64,000 nt of DNA from NCBI GenBank assembly GCA_963555815.3, contig CAUVWX020000002.1:160001-224000 (forward strand), given 5' to 3'. The first letter of the stretch is position 1, and each line of letters starts with the position of its first letter. Positions 39,843 through 51,194 of this stretch are shown one piece after another. Made by a program: the position numbers and the translations under genes. The notes beneath the pieces were generated by a model, which saw only the letters and a list, made by a program, of their open reading frames with translations, did not search any database and was not told where the DNA came from. Source of the DNA: a bacterium. GTDB taxonomy: Bacteria > UBA8248 > JACPRG01 > G963555815.

Positions 39843-40409
39843 ATGGCCTTTTGGAAAAATCTTCGTTTGTGGCTTCTCCTGCTCATAGTCTTCACGTCCG
39901 CCGCCGTCGGTTTTTTAGTGGCCACCAATTGGCAGGAGAAGACCCTACCCAAACGCTTTCATCTCTCAGGGACAGATGCAGACCTTCGCCTCCAGGATGT
40001 CTTCCTCCTGGAGGACAAGAAGGGGTTGAAGGCCTGGGAGCTCAAGGCCAAGTGGGCCAAGATGTATAAGGATATTGGAAAGACCTTCTTTGAGGACATA
40101 CACGTTGTTGTCTTCGTCGAGGACCGCCAGCCCGTTCATATCACGGCCCTGCGGGCGGAGATGGACAATGAAAGTCGAGACCTCACGGTAGAAGGCAATG
40201 TGGAGGTGGTCTCGGAAGAGGGCTACTCCCTCAGGACTGAACGGCTCATGTGGTTTTCCGACAAGCGGGAAATAGTGACCGAGGCCCCTGTGATGGCTGT
40301 GGGTAAAGACATCCAGATCTCGGGTAGGGGGCTGAGGGCCCACATTGACAATCAATTGCTCCGGCTGGACCACCGTGTGACGGCCCAGCTGATCCCGAGA
40401 AGAAGGTAA
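39843..40409 (+). CDS. lptC: LPS export protein LptC
   Basis: N-terminal TM, jellyroll pattern (WELKA, GNVEV, LRTERL), upstream of lptAB. Confidence 0.85.
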   Translation: MAFWKNLRLWLLLLIVFTSAAVGFLVATNWQEKTLPKRFHLSGTDADLRLQDVFLLEDKKGLKAWELKAKWAKMYKDIGKTFFEDIHVVVFVEDRQPVHITALRAEMDNESRDLTVEGNVEVVSEEGYSLRTERLMWFSDKREIVTEAPVMAVGKDIQISGRGLRAHIDNQLLRLDHRVTAQLIPRRR

Positions 40410-40427
40410 GTACTCCCCTGTAGGGCT

Positions 40428-41099
40428 GTGGAGGAGAAAACCGTGGGGCTGAACCGTTGGCCAAAGACCTGGACGTTCGTAGCCGGGGTGACGATGGCTT
40501 GGACCCTGGGAGGACTGACGACCCTGGCAGGGGCCCAGTCGTTGAGGGAGGGCATTGAGGCCCCAATTTCCATTTATATCGTCTCAGACCGCATGGAGGC
40601 CGACAACAAGAACCAGTGGGTTTACTTCATCGGCAATGTAACGGCCACCCGGGGGGAAATGACGCTCCATAGTGACCGGCTGGAGATTTATCGAAATGAG
40701 GAAAAGGACGAGATCGACCGAATTGAGGCCATCGGTCACGTGGACATCAACCACCAGGGCAGGTTTGCCACCGGCGACAAGGCGGTTTTTCATGAGGCCG
40801 ATCAGAGTTTGGTTCTGACGGGAAACCCGAAGGCCTGGGAAAACAGTAATATCATCACCGGCGACAAGATGATCTTCTATTTAGAGACTGACCAGGTTGT
40901 GGTAGAGGGCAACGAGAACAAGCGGGTAGATGTGGTTCTCTATCCTGATGGGGAGGACAACCGATATATCCGAACTAGTCCCGCCCGTCGCGAGACCCCC
41001 AGCCCCGAAGAAGACGGGGTGGGAGGAGTCCAGGACAACGGCACCTCCGAGCTCCCGGCTGGCGGTCCAGGGGCTGGTGAAGTCTTATCGACGCCGTAG
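40428..41099 (+). CDS. lptA: LPS transport periplasmic protein LptA
   Basis: ISDRME, FIGNV, ATGDKA, LVLTGNP. Confidence 0.88.
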   Translation: MEEKTVGLNRWPKTWTFVAGVTMAWTLGGLTTLAGAQSLREGIEAPISIYIVSDRMEADNKNQWVYFIGNVTATRGEMTLHSDRLEIYRNEEKDEIDRIEAIGHVDINHQGRFATGDKAVFHEADQSLVLTGNPKAWENSNIITGDKMIFYLETDQVVVEGNENKRVDVVLYPDGEDNRYIRTSPARRETPSPEEDGVGGVQDNGTSELPAGGPGAGEVLSTP

Positions 41100-41775
41100 G
41101 GTTGTTGATGAGGTTAGCCTGGACGTTCGCCCGGGGGAGATCGTAGGCCTCCTGGGCCCAAATGGCGCGGGTAAGACCACCACCTTCTACATGATCGTGG
41201 GGCTCATCCGGCCCGACGGCGGACAGGTGATGCTGAATGGGGTAGACGTCACCCATCTGCCCATGTACAAGCGGGCGAGGCTCGGAGTTGGGTATCTTCC
41301 GCAAGAACCCTCGGTCTTCAGAAAGCTCACCGTCGAAGAGAACATCCTGGCCATCCTGGAGACGAGCGGGGGTTACGGGCGCGAGGCCAGGAAAAAGCGG
41401 GCCCGAGCTCTCATGGAAGAGCTCAATATCTACCACATCCGCCGCTCCAAGGGCTTTTCCCTCTCAGGGGGAGAGCGGCGTCGGGTGGAGATCTCAAGGG
41501 CCCTGGCCACCTCTCCCTCCTACATCCTCCTGGACGAACCCTTCGCCGGGATCGACCCTATCGTCGTCATTGACATCCAGAACATGGTGACCCAGTTGCG
41601 AGATCGCGGGATCGGGGTCCTCGTGACGGACCACAATGTCCGGGAGACCCTGCGGATTGTGGATAGGGCCTACATTATCAACGAGGGCGAGATCCTGGAG
41701 AGCGGGAACCCGGAGACTATTGCCCAGAGCAAACGGGCCCGTGAGCTCTATCTGGGGGAAAGTTTTTCTCTGTAA
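40930..41775 (+). CDS. lptB: LPS export ABC ATPase LptB (true start probably further downstream)
   Basis: [50 protein letters not shown]. Confidence 0.95.
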   Translation: MWFSILMGRTTDISELVPPVARPPAPKKTGWEESRTTAPPSSRLAVQGLVKSYRRRRVVDEVSLDVRPGEIVGLLGPNGAGKTTTFYMIVGLIRPDGGQVMLNGVDVTHLPMYKRARLGVGYLPQEPSVFRKLTVEENILAILETSGGYGREARKKRARALMEELNIYHIRRSKGFSLSGGERRRVEISRALATSPSYILLDEPFAGIDPIVVIDIQNMVTQLRDRGIGVLVTDHNVRETLRIVDRAYIINEGEILESGNPETIAQSKRARELYLGESFSL

Positions 41776-41787
41776 GGGGGCCTCTTC

Positions 41788-43195
41788 GTGGACCTGGAGT
41801 TCCGACAAGAACAAAGGCAGACGCAGAAGCTGGTCATGACGGTCATGCTTCAACAGGCCATCCAGCTCCTGCCCCTCTCACGCTTTGAGCTTCAACAGCG
41901 AGTCCAGCAGGAGATGGTGGAGAACCCCTTCCTCGAAGAGGTGCTGATCGGTGAGAATGGGGGTGAAGGCCAGGAAGAAGAGGTGCAGACCCCAGAGGCG
42001 CCCGAAGGAGAGATCATGGACCCCGACCTCGCCTTGCTGGCTCCCTTCGGTGACACCCTTGATCTCGGCTATTACGAAGAGGACCTCCCGGCGCGCCCCT
42101 CTCCGGAGGCCACCCTCAGTTGCGAGACCTCCCTCTCGGACCACCTCCATTGGCAGCTCTCCCTCTCGGCGGCCGAAAGAGAGGAGAGGGTTTTGGGGGC
42201 CCTCATCATCGGGAATATTTCCGAGGAGGGTTATTTCCAGGGGGACCTTGAGGAGATCGCGAGAGAGGGCGAGACGACCACAGAGTGGGCGGCCGAGGTC
42301 CTAAAGCTCATCCGGTCCTTCGACCCGCCGGGGGGTGGGGGCTTGCTCCCTTCCGGAGTGTCTTCGCCCACAGGTGGAGTCTCTGGGGGACATGAGCCCG
42401 CTTCTGGACGCACTCTTGAACGACCACCTGGACAAGTTGGAGGACCGGAACCTTCCGAAGATCGCCCGGTTTCTTGGAGTCGAGGTTTCTGAAGTGGCGG
42501 CGGCTGCGCGACTCATCCGGGGACTGGACCCCTATCCGGGTCTTCGATACCAGCGGTCCCGTGCCGAGTACATCTATCCCGATGTCTATGTGATCAAGAT
42601 GGGCGATGAATATCAGGTCTATCTTAATGACGACGGCCTCCCGAGACTTCGGATCAACGGCTATTATCGAAGAATCATCCAGCAGGGGGCAAACGCCGCC
42701 GACAAAGCCTATCTGGGCGAGCGGTTTAAGTCGGCCCTTTGGCTCATCAGGAGTATTGAACAGCGCCGCCAGACGCTTCTAAAGGTCTCCCGCAGCATTG
42801 TCCACCACCAACGTGATTTCTTCGACGGAGGCCTCGAAGCCCTTCATCCCCTCGTGTTGAGGCAGGTGGCGGAAGACATCGAGATGCATGAGTCCACTGT
42901 TAGCCGTGTCACCACCCAAAAGTACATGCACACCCCGCAGGGGGTCCTTGAACTGAAGTTCTTTTTCAATGGGGGGCTGGGATTGCTAGACGGCGAAAGC
43001 ATGTCTTCTACATCGGTCAAGGAACAAGTGCGCCGTCTTGTGGAGAAAGAAGACCCTCTGAAGCCCCTTACGGATGAGCAAATCGGGGAGGCCCTCAGGG
43101 CCAGAAGCATCATCATTGCTCGAAGAACGGTGACGAAGTACCGAAAGGAACTGAAACTCCCCACGGCTGGAAAGCGGAAAAAGGTTTGCACCTAA
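41788..43195 (+). pseudogene. rpoN: RNA polymerase sigma-54 factor, frameshifted (or sequencing error) at the G run 42330-42335
   Basis: LQQAIQLL, ENPFLE, DPPG-VGA, HESTVSR, RpoN box ARRTVTKYR, split over two frames. Confidence 0.9.
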
Positions 43196-43280
43196 AGGCC
43201 CTTTGGGAGACGGCGATGTCCTCATATCGCTCCGAGGACAGCCGCTTCACACTCCTTGATCAGGGGTTCCCTGGGGTCAC

Positions 43281-44258
43281 TTGGGGACAGAGATGAGTTT
43301 GCTGACGGTTCAAGAGCTCCTGGAGGACCAGGGAAAGACCCTTGAGCTGGAAATTCTTGCGGGGGCCAAGGGGCTTCAGAATCCCATCGGGCACCCGCGG
43401 ATCCAGAAGTACAGCCTGGCCTTTGCGGGCTACTTCCGGTTTTTCCATCCCGACCGGGTTCAGATTATGGGCGAGACGGAGGTGTCTTACCTTCAAACCC
43501 TTCCGCCCCCCCGCCAGACAGAGGTCATCGATGCCCTTTTCGCCCATCCCATCTGCTGCGTGGTCGTGACGAAGAGTTTAGAAGTCCCGCCCAGCCTGTT
43601 GGCGGCCGCCGACCGAAGTCAGGCCCCGGTCCTTCGTTCCGCGCGCAAGAGTTCCGTCGTGATGACACAGCTTTCGGCCTATGTGGAGGATCGCTTGGCG
43701 CCCAAGACGACGGTCCACGGGGTTCTGATGGACGTCTATGGCGTTGGGGTCCTTATCTTGGGCAAGAGCGGGATCGGCAAGAGCGAGAGCGCTCTCCACC
43801 TGATTCAACGCGGGCACCGCCTGATTGCCGACGATGTCGTGGAGGTGCGTCAGAAAGAGAACATCCTGGTGGGAAGCGGTTTGGAGCTCCTTCGCCACCA
43901 CATCGAGATCCGGGGTATGGGGATCGTGAACATCCGCGACCTCTTTGGGGTTGCGGCCATCCGTGACCATAAGAAGATTGAGCTCGTGGTCCACTTGCAG
44001 GAGTGGGATCCCAGGCAAGATTATGACCGCCTGGGCCTGGACGAAGAGACCCACACGCTTCTTGGTCTGGATATTCCGCTGGTTCGGGCCCCGGTGAGGC
44101 CCGGGCGGAATATTTCCACCATCATCGAAGTGTCCGCTCGAAATCAGCTCCTTCGGGTTATGGGCTATCACTCCGCCGAGGTTTTAGACCGGGAGCTCCT
44201 CCAGCAGCTTATCGAGGTCCCCACCGCCTCTAAATCTTTCGAGCGCAATGAAGAGTAA
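43281..44258 (+). CDS. hprK: HPr kinase/phosphorylase
   Basis: HGVLMDVYGVGVLILGKSGIGKSE, ADD, EIRGMGI, PVRPGRN. Confidence 0.96.
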   Translation: MGTEMSLLTVQELLEDQGKTLELEILAGAKGLQNPIGHPRIQKYSLAFAGYFRFFHPDRVQIMGETEVSYLQTLPPPRQTEVIDALFAHPICCVVVTKSLEVPPSLLAAADRSQAPVLRSARKSSVVMTQLSAYVEDRLAPKTTVHGVLMDVYGVGVLILGKSGIGKSESALHLIQRGHRLIADDVVEVRQKENILVGSGLELLRHHIEIRGMGIVNIRDLFGVAAIRDHKKIELVVHLQEWDPRQDYDRLGLDEETHTLLGLDIPLVRAPVRPGRNISTIIEVSARNQLLRVMGYHSAEVLDRELLQQLIEVPTASKSFERNEE

Positions 44259-44700
44259 GGGGTCCGAAGAGGGGGCTCGGCCGGCACCCCTGGGGGTCGT
44301 CCTCGTGACACACGGGCGACTGGGGGTGGAACTTAAGGAAATTGCGGAGGTTATCGTGGGGCCGCTTGCGGGGGTGAAGGCCGTTAGCATTGATAAGGAC
44401 GTGGACCGGGCCCGGACCGCCATCGGAGAGGCCATCGATGAGGTGGACCGGGGTCCTGGGGTCCTCCTCCTCATCGATATGTTCGGGGGCACTCCCTCTA
44501 ACCTCAGCCTCTCCTTCCTTGACCAGAAAAAGGTGGAGGTCGTCACAGGCGTCAATCTCCCCATGCTTCTCAAGCTCCCATTCATCTTGGACAAGATGGA
44601 CCTGAAAGAGGCAGCGGCCTTCATCCGGGACTACGGGAGAAAGAATATCGCCGTGGCCGGCGCGCTCTTGACCCCCTCTGAGGCGGGGCCGGAGGCTTGA
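44248..44700 (+). CDS. PTS EIIA, mannose/fructose type
   Basis: VTHG, DMFGGTPSN, GVNLPML. Confidence 0.92.
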   Translation: MKSKGSEEGARPAPLGVVLVTHGRLGVELKEIAEVIVGPLAGVKAVSIDKDVDRARTAIGEAIDEVDRGPGVLLLIDMFGGTPSNLSLSFLDQKKVEVVTGVNLPMLLKLPFILDKMDLKEAAAFIRDYGRKNIAVAGALLTPSEAGPEA

Positions 44701-44975
44701 GCCTCGAGGTGAAGGCGGAGGTCATCATTCAGAACCGGTTAGGGCTTCACGCCCGGTCGGCGGCGGCGCTCGTGAAGGTGACCAATCGGTACACCTGCGA
44801 GGTGACGATCGCCAAGGATGGTCTGGTCGTGAACGGCAAGAGCATTATGGAAGTGATGATGCTGGGGGCAGCGAAGGGGACCCGCCTGACTTTGCGGGCC
44901 GAGGGACCTGACGCCGAGGCCCTTGTCACTGAGTTGGTCCACCTCATTAACCAGAAGTTTTACGAGGACTCATGA
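44697..44975 (+). CDS. ptsH: Phosphocarrier HPr
   Basis: GLHAR (His15), NGKSIM (Ser46). Confidence 0.95.
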   Translation: MSLEVKAEVIIQNRLGLHARSAAALVKVTNRYTCEVTIAKDGLVVNGKSIMEVMMLGAAKGTRLTLRAEGPDAEALVTELVHLINQKFYEDS

Positions 44976-46735
44976 CGACTGTTTCACCCAGAGAAGAAGA
45001 ACTCTACGGGGTCGGGGTTTCCCCCGGGATTATCCAGGGTGAGGTCCATCTCGTGGGCCGAAGACACCAGGAGGTTCCTCGGTATCGTATTTCCCCTAAT
45101 GAGGTGGAGGCGGAAGTGGAGCGCTTCCAGCGGGCCCTGGAGGAGGCCCGGGAGGAGCACTCCAGGTTTCTTAGACGTTTGAGCCCCGTCCTCAGGAGGG
45201 AACACCTCGGCATCCTGGATGTCCACCACCTCCTCCTCGGGGATGAGATGCTGATCCAGGCTGCCGTGAAGCACGTGCGCCAGGATCGCTGGAATGCCGA
45301 ATGGGCCCTTCAGATGGCCGTAGACCGGTTCAAAGGGGTCTTTGAGGCGATGGGCCATGAGTATTTGCGGGAACGGCAGGGGGATCTGCACCAGGTGAGC
45401 GAGCATCTCTTGAGCCATCTCCTCGGCACGGCCCGATCGGGTAGCCCGCTGGCCCAGAGACCGATGGTCTTGGTGGCCCACGAGCTCACGCCCGCCGAGC
45501 TGCTGGATCTCCACCAGGGACCCCTTCTTGGTTTTGTGACTGACCTTGGCGGCAAGACCTCTCACACCGCGATCCTCGCCGGTGCCCTGGATATCCCGGC
45601 CGTCGTGGGTCTCAGGGAGATCACACAACGGGTTCGAACGGGGGATGCGATCCTCTTGGACGGGGAGACGGGGCGTGTGGTCCTTCATCCCCTGAAGGAG
45701 ACCATCCGGGAAAGCGAATCAAGTCGCCGCCGATATATCCAGCATCAAGAGGCCCTGCAGAGGTTGAGAACCCTGGCCTGTGTCACCTTGGACGGGATGC
45801 GGTGCGCCCTGAGAGCTAACGTAGAGCTGGCTGGGGAAGTCGCCGCGGTCCAGGCTTGCGGCGCCGAAGGAGTGGGTCTTTACAGAACCGAATACCTCTT
45901 TCTCAACCGGCCCGACCTGCCCGGGGAGGAGGAGCACTTTCAAGCCTACCGGAGGCTGGCTGAGTCCGTCCTGCCCCACCCGGCTGTCATTCGAACCTTT
46001 GACCTGAGGGGGGACATCTTTCCGGCTTCCCTGGGCCTTCCTCATGAGCACAACCCCGCCCTGGGCCTCCGGGCGATTCGTCTGAGCCTGGAGCAAAAGG
46101 ATCTCTTCTTGCCCCAGCTCAGGGGGATCTTGAGGGCGAGCGCCTTTGGAAAGCTTCAGCTGATGTACCCACTCATCTCGGGAGTCGAGGAGGTCCGCAG
46201 GGCGAACGCCTTACTGGATGAGGTGAGGGAGGGACTTCGTGCCGAAGGGGTGGACTTCGACGAGAAGCTTCCGGTGGGAGTCATGATCGAGACCCCGTCT
46301 GCAGCGATTCTGGCCGATGTCCTGGCGCAGGGGGTGGATTTCTTCAGCATCGGGACGAACGACCTCAGCCAGTACACCCTCGCTCTGGATCGGGAGAACG
46401 AAAAGGTCTCGTCCTTTTACGAACCTTTCCACCCCGCCGTCCTTCGCCTCATCCGCAGTGTCATCGCACAGGCGGAAAAAGCTGGCATTCAGGTCGCCCT
46501 TTGCGGCGAGATGGCCGCGGACCCCCTTCAAGCCCTCGTCCTCATCGGGCTTGGGCTTCGAGACCTTAGCATGACCCCTCGCTCCATCCCCCGGGTGAAA
46601 CAGATTCTTCGGTCGATTTCCTTGGTCCAGGCGGAGGAGATGGCCCAAAAGGCCCTGGGGCTCGCAACGGCCGACGAGCTGAGGGCACTGAGGGCCTCGG
46701 TTCGCGAAGACCTGGCCCCCCAATTTCCCGACTAG
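44972..46735 (+). CDS. ptsI: PEP-protein phosphotransferase (enzyme I)
   Basis: [41 protein letters not shown]. Confidence 0.95.
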   Translation: MTTVSPREEELYGVGVSPGIIQGEVHLVGRRHQEVPRYRISPNEVEAEVERFQRALEEAREEHSRFLRRLSPVLRREHLGILDVHHLLLGDEMLIQAAVKHVRQDRWNAEWALQMAVDRFKGVFEAMGHEYLRERQGDLHQVSEHLLSHLLGTARSGSPLAQRPMVLVAHELTPAELLDLHQGPLLGFVTDLGGKTSHTAILAGALDIPAVVGLREITQRVRTGDAILLDGETGRVVLHPLKETIRESESSRRRYIQHQEALQRLRTLACVTLDGMRCALRANVELAGEVAAVQACGAEGVGLYRTEYLFLNRPDLPGEEEHFQAYRRLAESVLPHPAVIRTFDLRGDIFPASLGLPHEHNPALGLRAIRLSLEQKDLFLPQLRGILRASAFGKLQLMYPLISGVEEVRRANALLDEVREGLRAEGVDFDEKLPVGVMIETPSAAILADVLAQGVDFFSIGTNDLSQYTLALDRENEKVSSFYEPFHPAVLRLIRSVIAQAEKAGIQVALCGEMAADPLQALVLIGLGLRDLSMTPRSIPRVKQILRSISLVQAEEMAQKALGLATADELRALRASVREDLAPQFPD

Positions 46736-46796
46736 TTACCCTTGGATCCAATCACTCTTTCGGCCCCGGTGTAAGCCGGGGGCTTGGGAGGCATCG

Positions 46797-47963
46797 ATGG
46801 GAAAGACGAATTTCTTATTTACGTCTGAGTCAGTGACGGAGGGTCACCCCGACAAGGTGTCCGATCAGATCTCTGACGCTGTCGTGGACGCTGTCTTGGA
46901 ACAGGACCCCTTCGGGCGGGTTGCCTGCGAGACCCTGGTGACGACGGGCCTTGCCTTTGTGTCCGGGGAGATCACGACAAAGTGTTATGTGCACATCCCG
47001 AGCATCGCGCGGCAGGTCATCCAGGACATCGGCTACACCCGTGCCAAGTATGGATTCGACTACGAGACCTGTGCCGTCATCACCTCCATTGACGAACAGT
47101 CGCCTGACATAGACTTGGGAGTCTCTGAGCGGGGGGGACATGAACAGGGGGCAGGGGACCAGGGGCTGATGTTCGGATACGCCACTCGGGAGACCGAGGA
47201 GCTTATGCCCCTTCCCATCTTGCTGGCCCACAGGCTCTGCGAACGCCTGGCCGAGATTCGAAAGAATGACATTGTCAGCTATCTTCGCCCTGACGGGAAG
47301 AGTCAGGTGACGGTAGAGTACGTCAACGGGACCCCCCTTCGGGTGGACACAGTCGTGGTGGCGGCCCAGCATAGCCCCGATGTCAAGCTCGAGGAGTTAC
47401 GAGAGGACATAATCGAGAAGGTCATCAAGCCGGTGATCCCTGCCCATCTCTTGGATGAGGAACGGGTCACTTATCATGTGAACCCCACTGGGCGGTTCGT
47501 GCTGGGAGGGCCCAAGGCCGACACCGGCCTGACCGGCCGGAAGCTCATCGTGGACACCTACGGAGGGGTTGGGAGCCACGGGGGGGGATCCTTCTCCGGC
47601 AAGGACCCCAGCAAGGTGGACCGCTCAGCGTCTTATATGGTCCGCCACATTGCCAAGAACCTCGTGGCGTCCTCTGCCTGCGACAAGTGCGAGGTCCAAC
47701 TCGCCTACGCCATTGGTATCCCTGAACCGGTCTCGGTCATGGTGGACGATTTCGGGACGGGCCGGGTTGAACTGGAGAAGATGCGACGAAGTGTCCGCGA
47801 GGTCTTCCCCCTGAAACCCAGGCAGATCATCGAATACCTGGATCTCCGTCGGCCCATCTTCCGAAAGACGGCTGCCTACGGACACTTCGGCCGAAACGAA
47901 CCCGAGTTCACCTGGGAGAAGACGAACCGGGTGGACGACATAAAAACCGCCCTCGGCCTTTAA
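46797..47963 (+). CDS. metK: S-adenosylmethionine synthetase
   Basis: [33 protein letters not shown]. Confidence 0.98.
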   Translation: MGKTNFLFTSESVTEGHPDKVSDQISDAVVDAVLEQDPFGRVACETLVTTGLAFVSGEITTKCYVHIPSIARQVIQDIGYTRAKYGFDYETCAVITSIDEQSPDIDLGVSERGGHEQGAGDQGLMFGYATRETEELMPLPILLAHRLCERLAEIRKNDIVSYLRPDGKSQVTVEYVNGTPLRVDTVVVAAQHSPDVKLEELREDIIEKVIKPVIPAHLLDEERVTYHVNPTGRFVLGGPKADTGLTGRKLIVDTYGGVGSHGGGSFSGKDPSKVDRSASYMVRHIAKNLVASSACDKCEVQLAYAIGIPEPVSVMVDDFGTGRVELEKMRRSVREVFPLKPRQIIEYLDLRRPIFRKTAAYGHFGRNEPEFTWEKTNRVDDIKTALGL

Positions 47964-47993
47964 AACCTTTCTTCACCAGTCTGGAGGGACTTT

Positions 47994-49250
47994 ATGGACT
48001 ACGATATCGCAGACCCCGGCTTGACCGAAAAGGGACTGCTTCGAATCGAGTGGGCGAGCAGGGGGATGCCTGTCCTGAAAAGCATCAGCGCCCGCTTCGC
48101 CAAGGAGCAGCCTCTGAAGGGGATCCGCATGGGGGGCTGCCTGCACATCACCACAGAGACGGCAAACCTGGCCCTGGCCTTGAAGGCAGGGGGGGCCGAG
48201 CTGCGGCTTTGCGCCTCGAACCCCCTCAGCACCCAGGACGACGTGACGGCGGCCCTGGTCTCCCACCATGAAATCTCTGTCTTCGCCCGAAAGGGGGAAG
48301 ACCACGAGACCTACTACCGCCACATCCGTTCGGCCCTCGCCCACGAACCGCAGGTGACCCTGGACGACGGAGCCGACCTCGTCTCCACGCTCCATCAGGA
48401 GGCCCAGGCCATCATCCCCCGCATGATCGGCGGGACCGAGGAGACAACGACCGGCGTCATCCGCCTGCGGCAAATGGCCGAGGAGGGGATCCTCGGGTAT
48501 CCCATCGTCGCCGTCAACGACGCCAAGACCAAATATCTCTTCGACAACCGGTACGGGACCGGACAGAGCACCCTCGATGCCATCATGCGGGCGACCAACC
48601 GGCTCATAGCGGGCTCAGTCTTCGTGGTGGCCGGCTACGGCTGGTGCGGGAGGGGGTTGGCCCAAAGGGCCCGGGGAATGGGGGCGAACGTCATCATCAC
48701 GGAGGTGGACCCCCTGAAGGCCCTGGAAGCTATCATGGACGGCCTCCGAGTCCTCACTATGGAGGAGGCGGCGCCCTTGGGGGACTTCTTTGTCACCCTC
48801 ACCGGGGATACAGATATCCTCAGAGGAGAACATTTCGACCTGATGAAGGACGGGGCCATCGTGGCCAACTCCGGGCACTTCAATGTAGAGATCGACATCG
48901 CAGCCCTGGAGGCCATGGCGGTCGAGAGGGCGAAACTGCGGGACTCCGTCGAGGAATTTGTCCTTCCATCAGGGCGGAGGGTCATCCTTCTGGGGGAGGG
49001 GCGCTTGGTGAATCTGAGCGCCGCAGAAGGTCATCCCAGCAGCGTCATGGACATGAGTTTTGCCAATCAGGCCCTCTCGGTGGAATACCTGGTGAAAGAA
49101 GCGGGTCACCTGGAACACCGCGTATATCCCGTCCCAAAAGAGATCGATCAGGATATCGCTCGCCTGAAGCTGGAGGCCTTTGGCGTCCACATCGACTCTC
49201 TCTCTGAGAAACAATCGGCCTACCTGACCTCCTGGGCCCACGGGACCTGA
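47994..49250 (+). CDS. ahcY: Adenosylhomocysteinase
   Basis: [38 protein letters not shown]. Confidence 0.97.
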   Translation: MDYDIADPGLTEKGLLRIEWASRGMPVLKSISARFAKEQPLKGIRMGGCLHITTETANLALALKAGGAELRLCASNPLSTQDDVTAALVSHHEISVFARKGEDHETYYRHIRSALAHEPQVTLDDGADLVSTLHQEAQAIIPRMIGGTEETTTGVIRLRQMAEEGILGYPIVAVNDAKTKYLFDNRYGTGQSTLDAIMRATNRLIAGSVFVVAGYGWCGRGLAQRARGMGANVIITEVDPLKALEAIMDGLRVLTMEEAAPLGDFFVTLTGDTDILRGEHFDLMKDGAIVANSGHFNVEIDIAALEAMAVERAKLRDSVEEFVLPSGRRVILLGEGRLVNLSAAEGHPSSVMDMSFANQALSVEYLVKEAGHLEHRVYPVPKEIDQDIARLKLEAFGVHIDSLSEKQSAYLTSWAHGT

Positions 49251-49281
49251 TGAGGGGGCAGGGCCCCTTTGTAGGAAAGAC

Positions 49282-49956
49282 GTGGAGCGTCTGCTCGAGC
49301 CCGAGGTGATGGACTCCCCCGAAGAGGCGGTCGAGTATGACCGGATGGACCACCGTCTGGCGAACGAGGCCTTCGTCGAGAGGGCCCTCGAACTTGGAGC
49401 AAAAGGGGGCGGCTTTCTGGATCTCGGGACAGGCCCTGCGGAGATCTCCGTCCTCCTCTGCCAGGGGCTTCCCGATCTGAAGGTCATCGCCTGTGACCTC
49501 TCGCAAGGCATGTTGGCGATCGCCGCCCAGCGGGTCGAAAACGCCGGTCTCCAGGACCGGATCGATCTTCACCGCCTGGACGCCAAGATTCTTCCTTTCA
49601 AAGACGCCTTCTTTGACGGCCTTCTCTCGAACAGCCTCATCCACCATCTCCCCGATCCGATCCTGGCCCTGCGTGAGATGGTCCGTGTGGTCCGAGACGA
49701 TGGGCTTTTCCTCGTCCGGGACCTCATTCGCCCTGAGACAGAAGAGCGGGCGCAGGAGCTTGTTCGAGAATACGCGGGGGAGGAGGGAGAAAGAGGACAG
49801 AGGATGTTCTACAATTCTTTCCTGGCTTCTTTGACTCTGGAGGAGGTGAAGGGACTCGTTGCCGATCTCCATCTTCCGGGAACCAGGGTCTTTCAGTCCT
49901 CGGACCGGCATTGGACTCTTGAGCGGCCGGCCGGCGGGGACCAGAGAAACTCCTGA
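49282..49956 (+). CDS. Class I SAM-dependent methyltransferase
   Basis: LDLGTGPA, DLSQGML, SNSLIHH, RDLIRP. Confidence 0.9.
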   Translation: MERLLEPEVMDSPEEAVEYDRMDHRLANEAFVERALELGAKGGGFLDLGTGPAEISVLLCQGLPDLKVIACDLSQGMLAIAAQRVENAGLQDRIDLHRLDAKILPFKDAFFDGLLSNSLIHHLPDPILALREMVRVVRDDGLFLVRDLIRPETEERAQELVREYAGEEGERGQRMFYNSFLASLTLEEVKGLVADLHLPGTRVFQSSDRHWTLERPAGGDQRNS

Positions 49957-49972
49957 AGGGGGAGAGGATAGG

Positions 49973-51064
49973 GTGGTTTCGTCCTGCTGGGCCCCGGGCC
50001 ACAGGAGGTGGCTGTGGGGGGTTCTCTTGGTTTGGGCGCTTTCCGGATGCTCGAAGCCCGCTTACTTGGTGGGACTTGCCCGAGGACAGGCCAAGATCCT
50101 TGCCCACAAGGTCCCCATTGCGGACATTCTCAAGGAGCCCCCCGAAGACCTTTCCGAGGAGCACCTTGCAAGGCTCCGCATGGTCCCTGAGATTAAAAAC
50201 TTCTCTGCCCGTTTGGGACTTGAGGTTGAAGATCTCTACTCCACCTACTCGCCTGTCCGAGACTTTGAACTGTGGGTCGTCAGCGCCAGCGAAAAACTTC
50301 ATCTAGAGTCTTATCTCTGGCGCTGGCCCCTGGTCGGGTCCGTTCCCTACAAAGGTTTCTTCTCGAAAGAGGCCGCCCAGAAGGAGATGCGGGCTTTAAA
50401 AGCCCGGGGCCTCGATGTCAATCTCAGAAGCGTCCCGACCTACAGCACCATCGGCTGGTTTGAGGACCCTGTCCTCCCCCCGATGCTCCGCGCTTCGGAG
50501 ATCTCTTTCATCGGCCTTCTCATCCATGAGGCGGTCCACGCCACCATCTACCGCCCCGACGACGCAGTCTTTAATGAAGGGGTGGCGGCCTTCATTGAGC
50601 GGAAAGGGGTGGAGCTTTTTGTCCGGGAAAAGCACGGGATTTCTTCCGAAACCTATCAGCGCTATCTAAAGAGAGAACGGGGCCAGAGGGCCTTTTTGCA
50701 GGTCATCAACTCCCTATTTGAAGAGCTTGGGAGCCTGTATTCGCAGGAGATCCCGGAGGCCGAAAAGCTCAGCCGCCGCCAAGCACTCTTTGATCGATAT
50801 CTCTCGGCCCACGCCAACCTTCAGAAGAGGGTGGAGGCAGAGCAGCGTAAGGCGGGAGAGGGTGTGGACCTGAACAACGCTTTTCTCCTCTCTTATCGGA
50901 TCTATTTTGAAGAGGAGGAGAAGTTCGAGCGCCTCTACCGGGCCACGGGGAATGACCTCAAGCTCACACTCAAGCTTCTTACATCCCTGGGCCGAAGGGA
51001 AGGGGACCCCTTTGTTCTCATCGAAGAAGTCCTGGCAGAGCTTGCGGGAAACCCCGTGAGATGA
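49973..51064 (+). CDS. Putative zinc aminopeptidase lipoprotein
   Basis: LSGC lipobox, VPYKGFF, YSTIGWFEDP, HEAVH, FNEG. Confidence 0.85.
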   Translation: MVSSCWAPGHRRWLWGVLLVWALSGCSKPAYLVGLARGQAKILAHKVPIADILKEPPEDLSEEHLARLRMVPEIKNFSARLGLEVEDLYSTYSPVRDFELWVVSASEKLHLESYLWRWPLVGSVPYKGFFSKEAAQKEMRALKARGLDVNLRSVPTYSTIGWFEDPVLPPMLRASEISFIGLLIHEAVHATIYRPDDAVFNEGVAAFIERKGVELFVREKHGISSETYQRYLKRERGQRAFLQVINSLFEELGSLYSQEIPEAEKLSRRQALFDRYLSAHANLQKRVEAEQRKAGEGVDLNNAFLLSYRIYFEEEEKFERLYRATGNDLKLTLKLLTSLGRREGDPFVLIEEVLAELAGNPVR

Positions 51065-51194
51065 ACAGAAACGGTTTTGCCTTTCTCAACTTTTGGTAGA
51101 ACGTTCTCCCCATGTAAAGACATGCAGGGAGAAGCGCATGATCAGGGCGTCGGGTTGATTTTTCCCCTTAATGTGCCATATATTTTAGGGAGTT

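Noticed and set aside
44984..45688. Long antisense ORFs over housekeeping genes (also 36836-37714, 57754-58614, 60372-61364)
   Set aside because: Shadow ORFs expected from high-GC codon usage.
45985..46025. PtsI motif RTFDLRGDI instead of the usual RTxDxGGDK
   Set aside because: Catalytic His and Cys motifs are intact; cannot claim inactivation.
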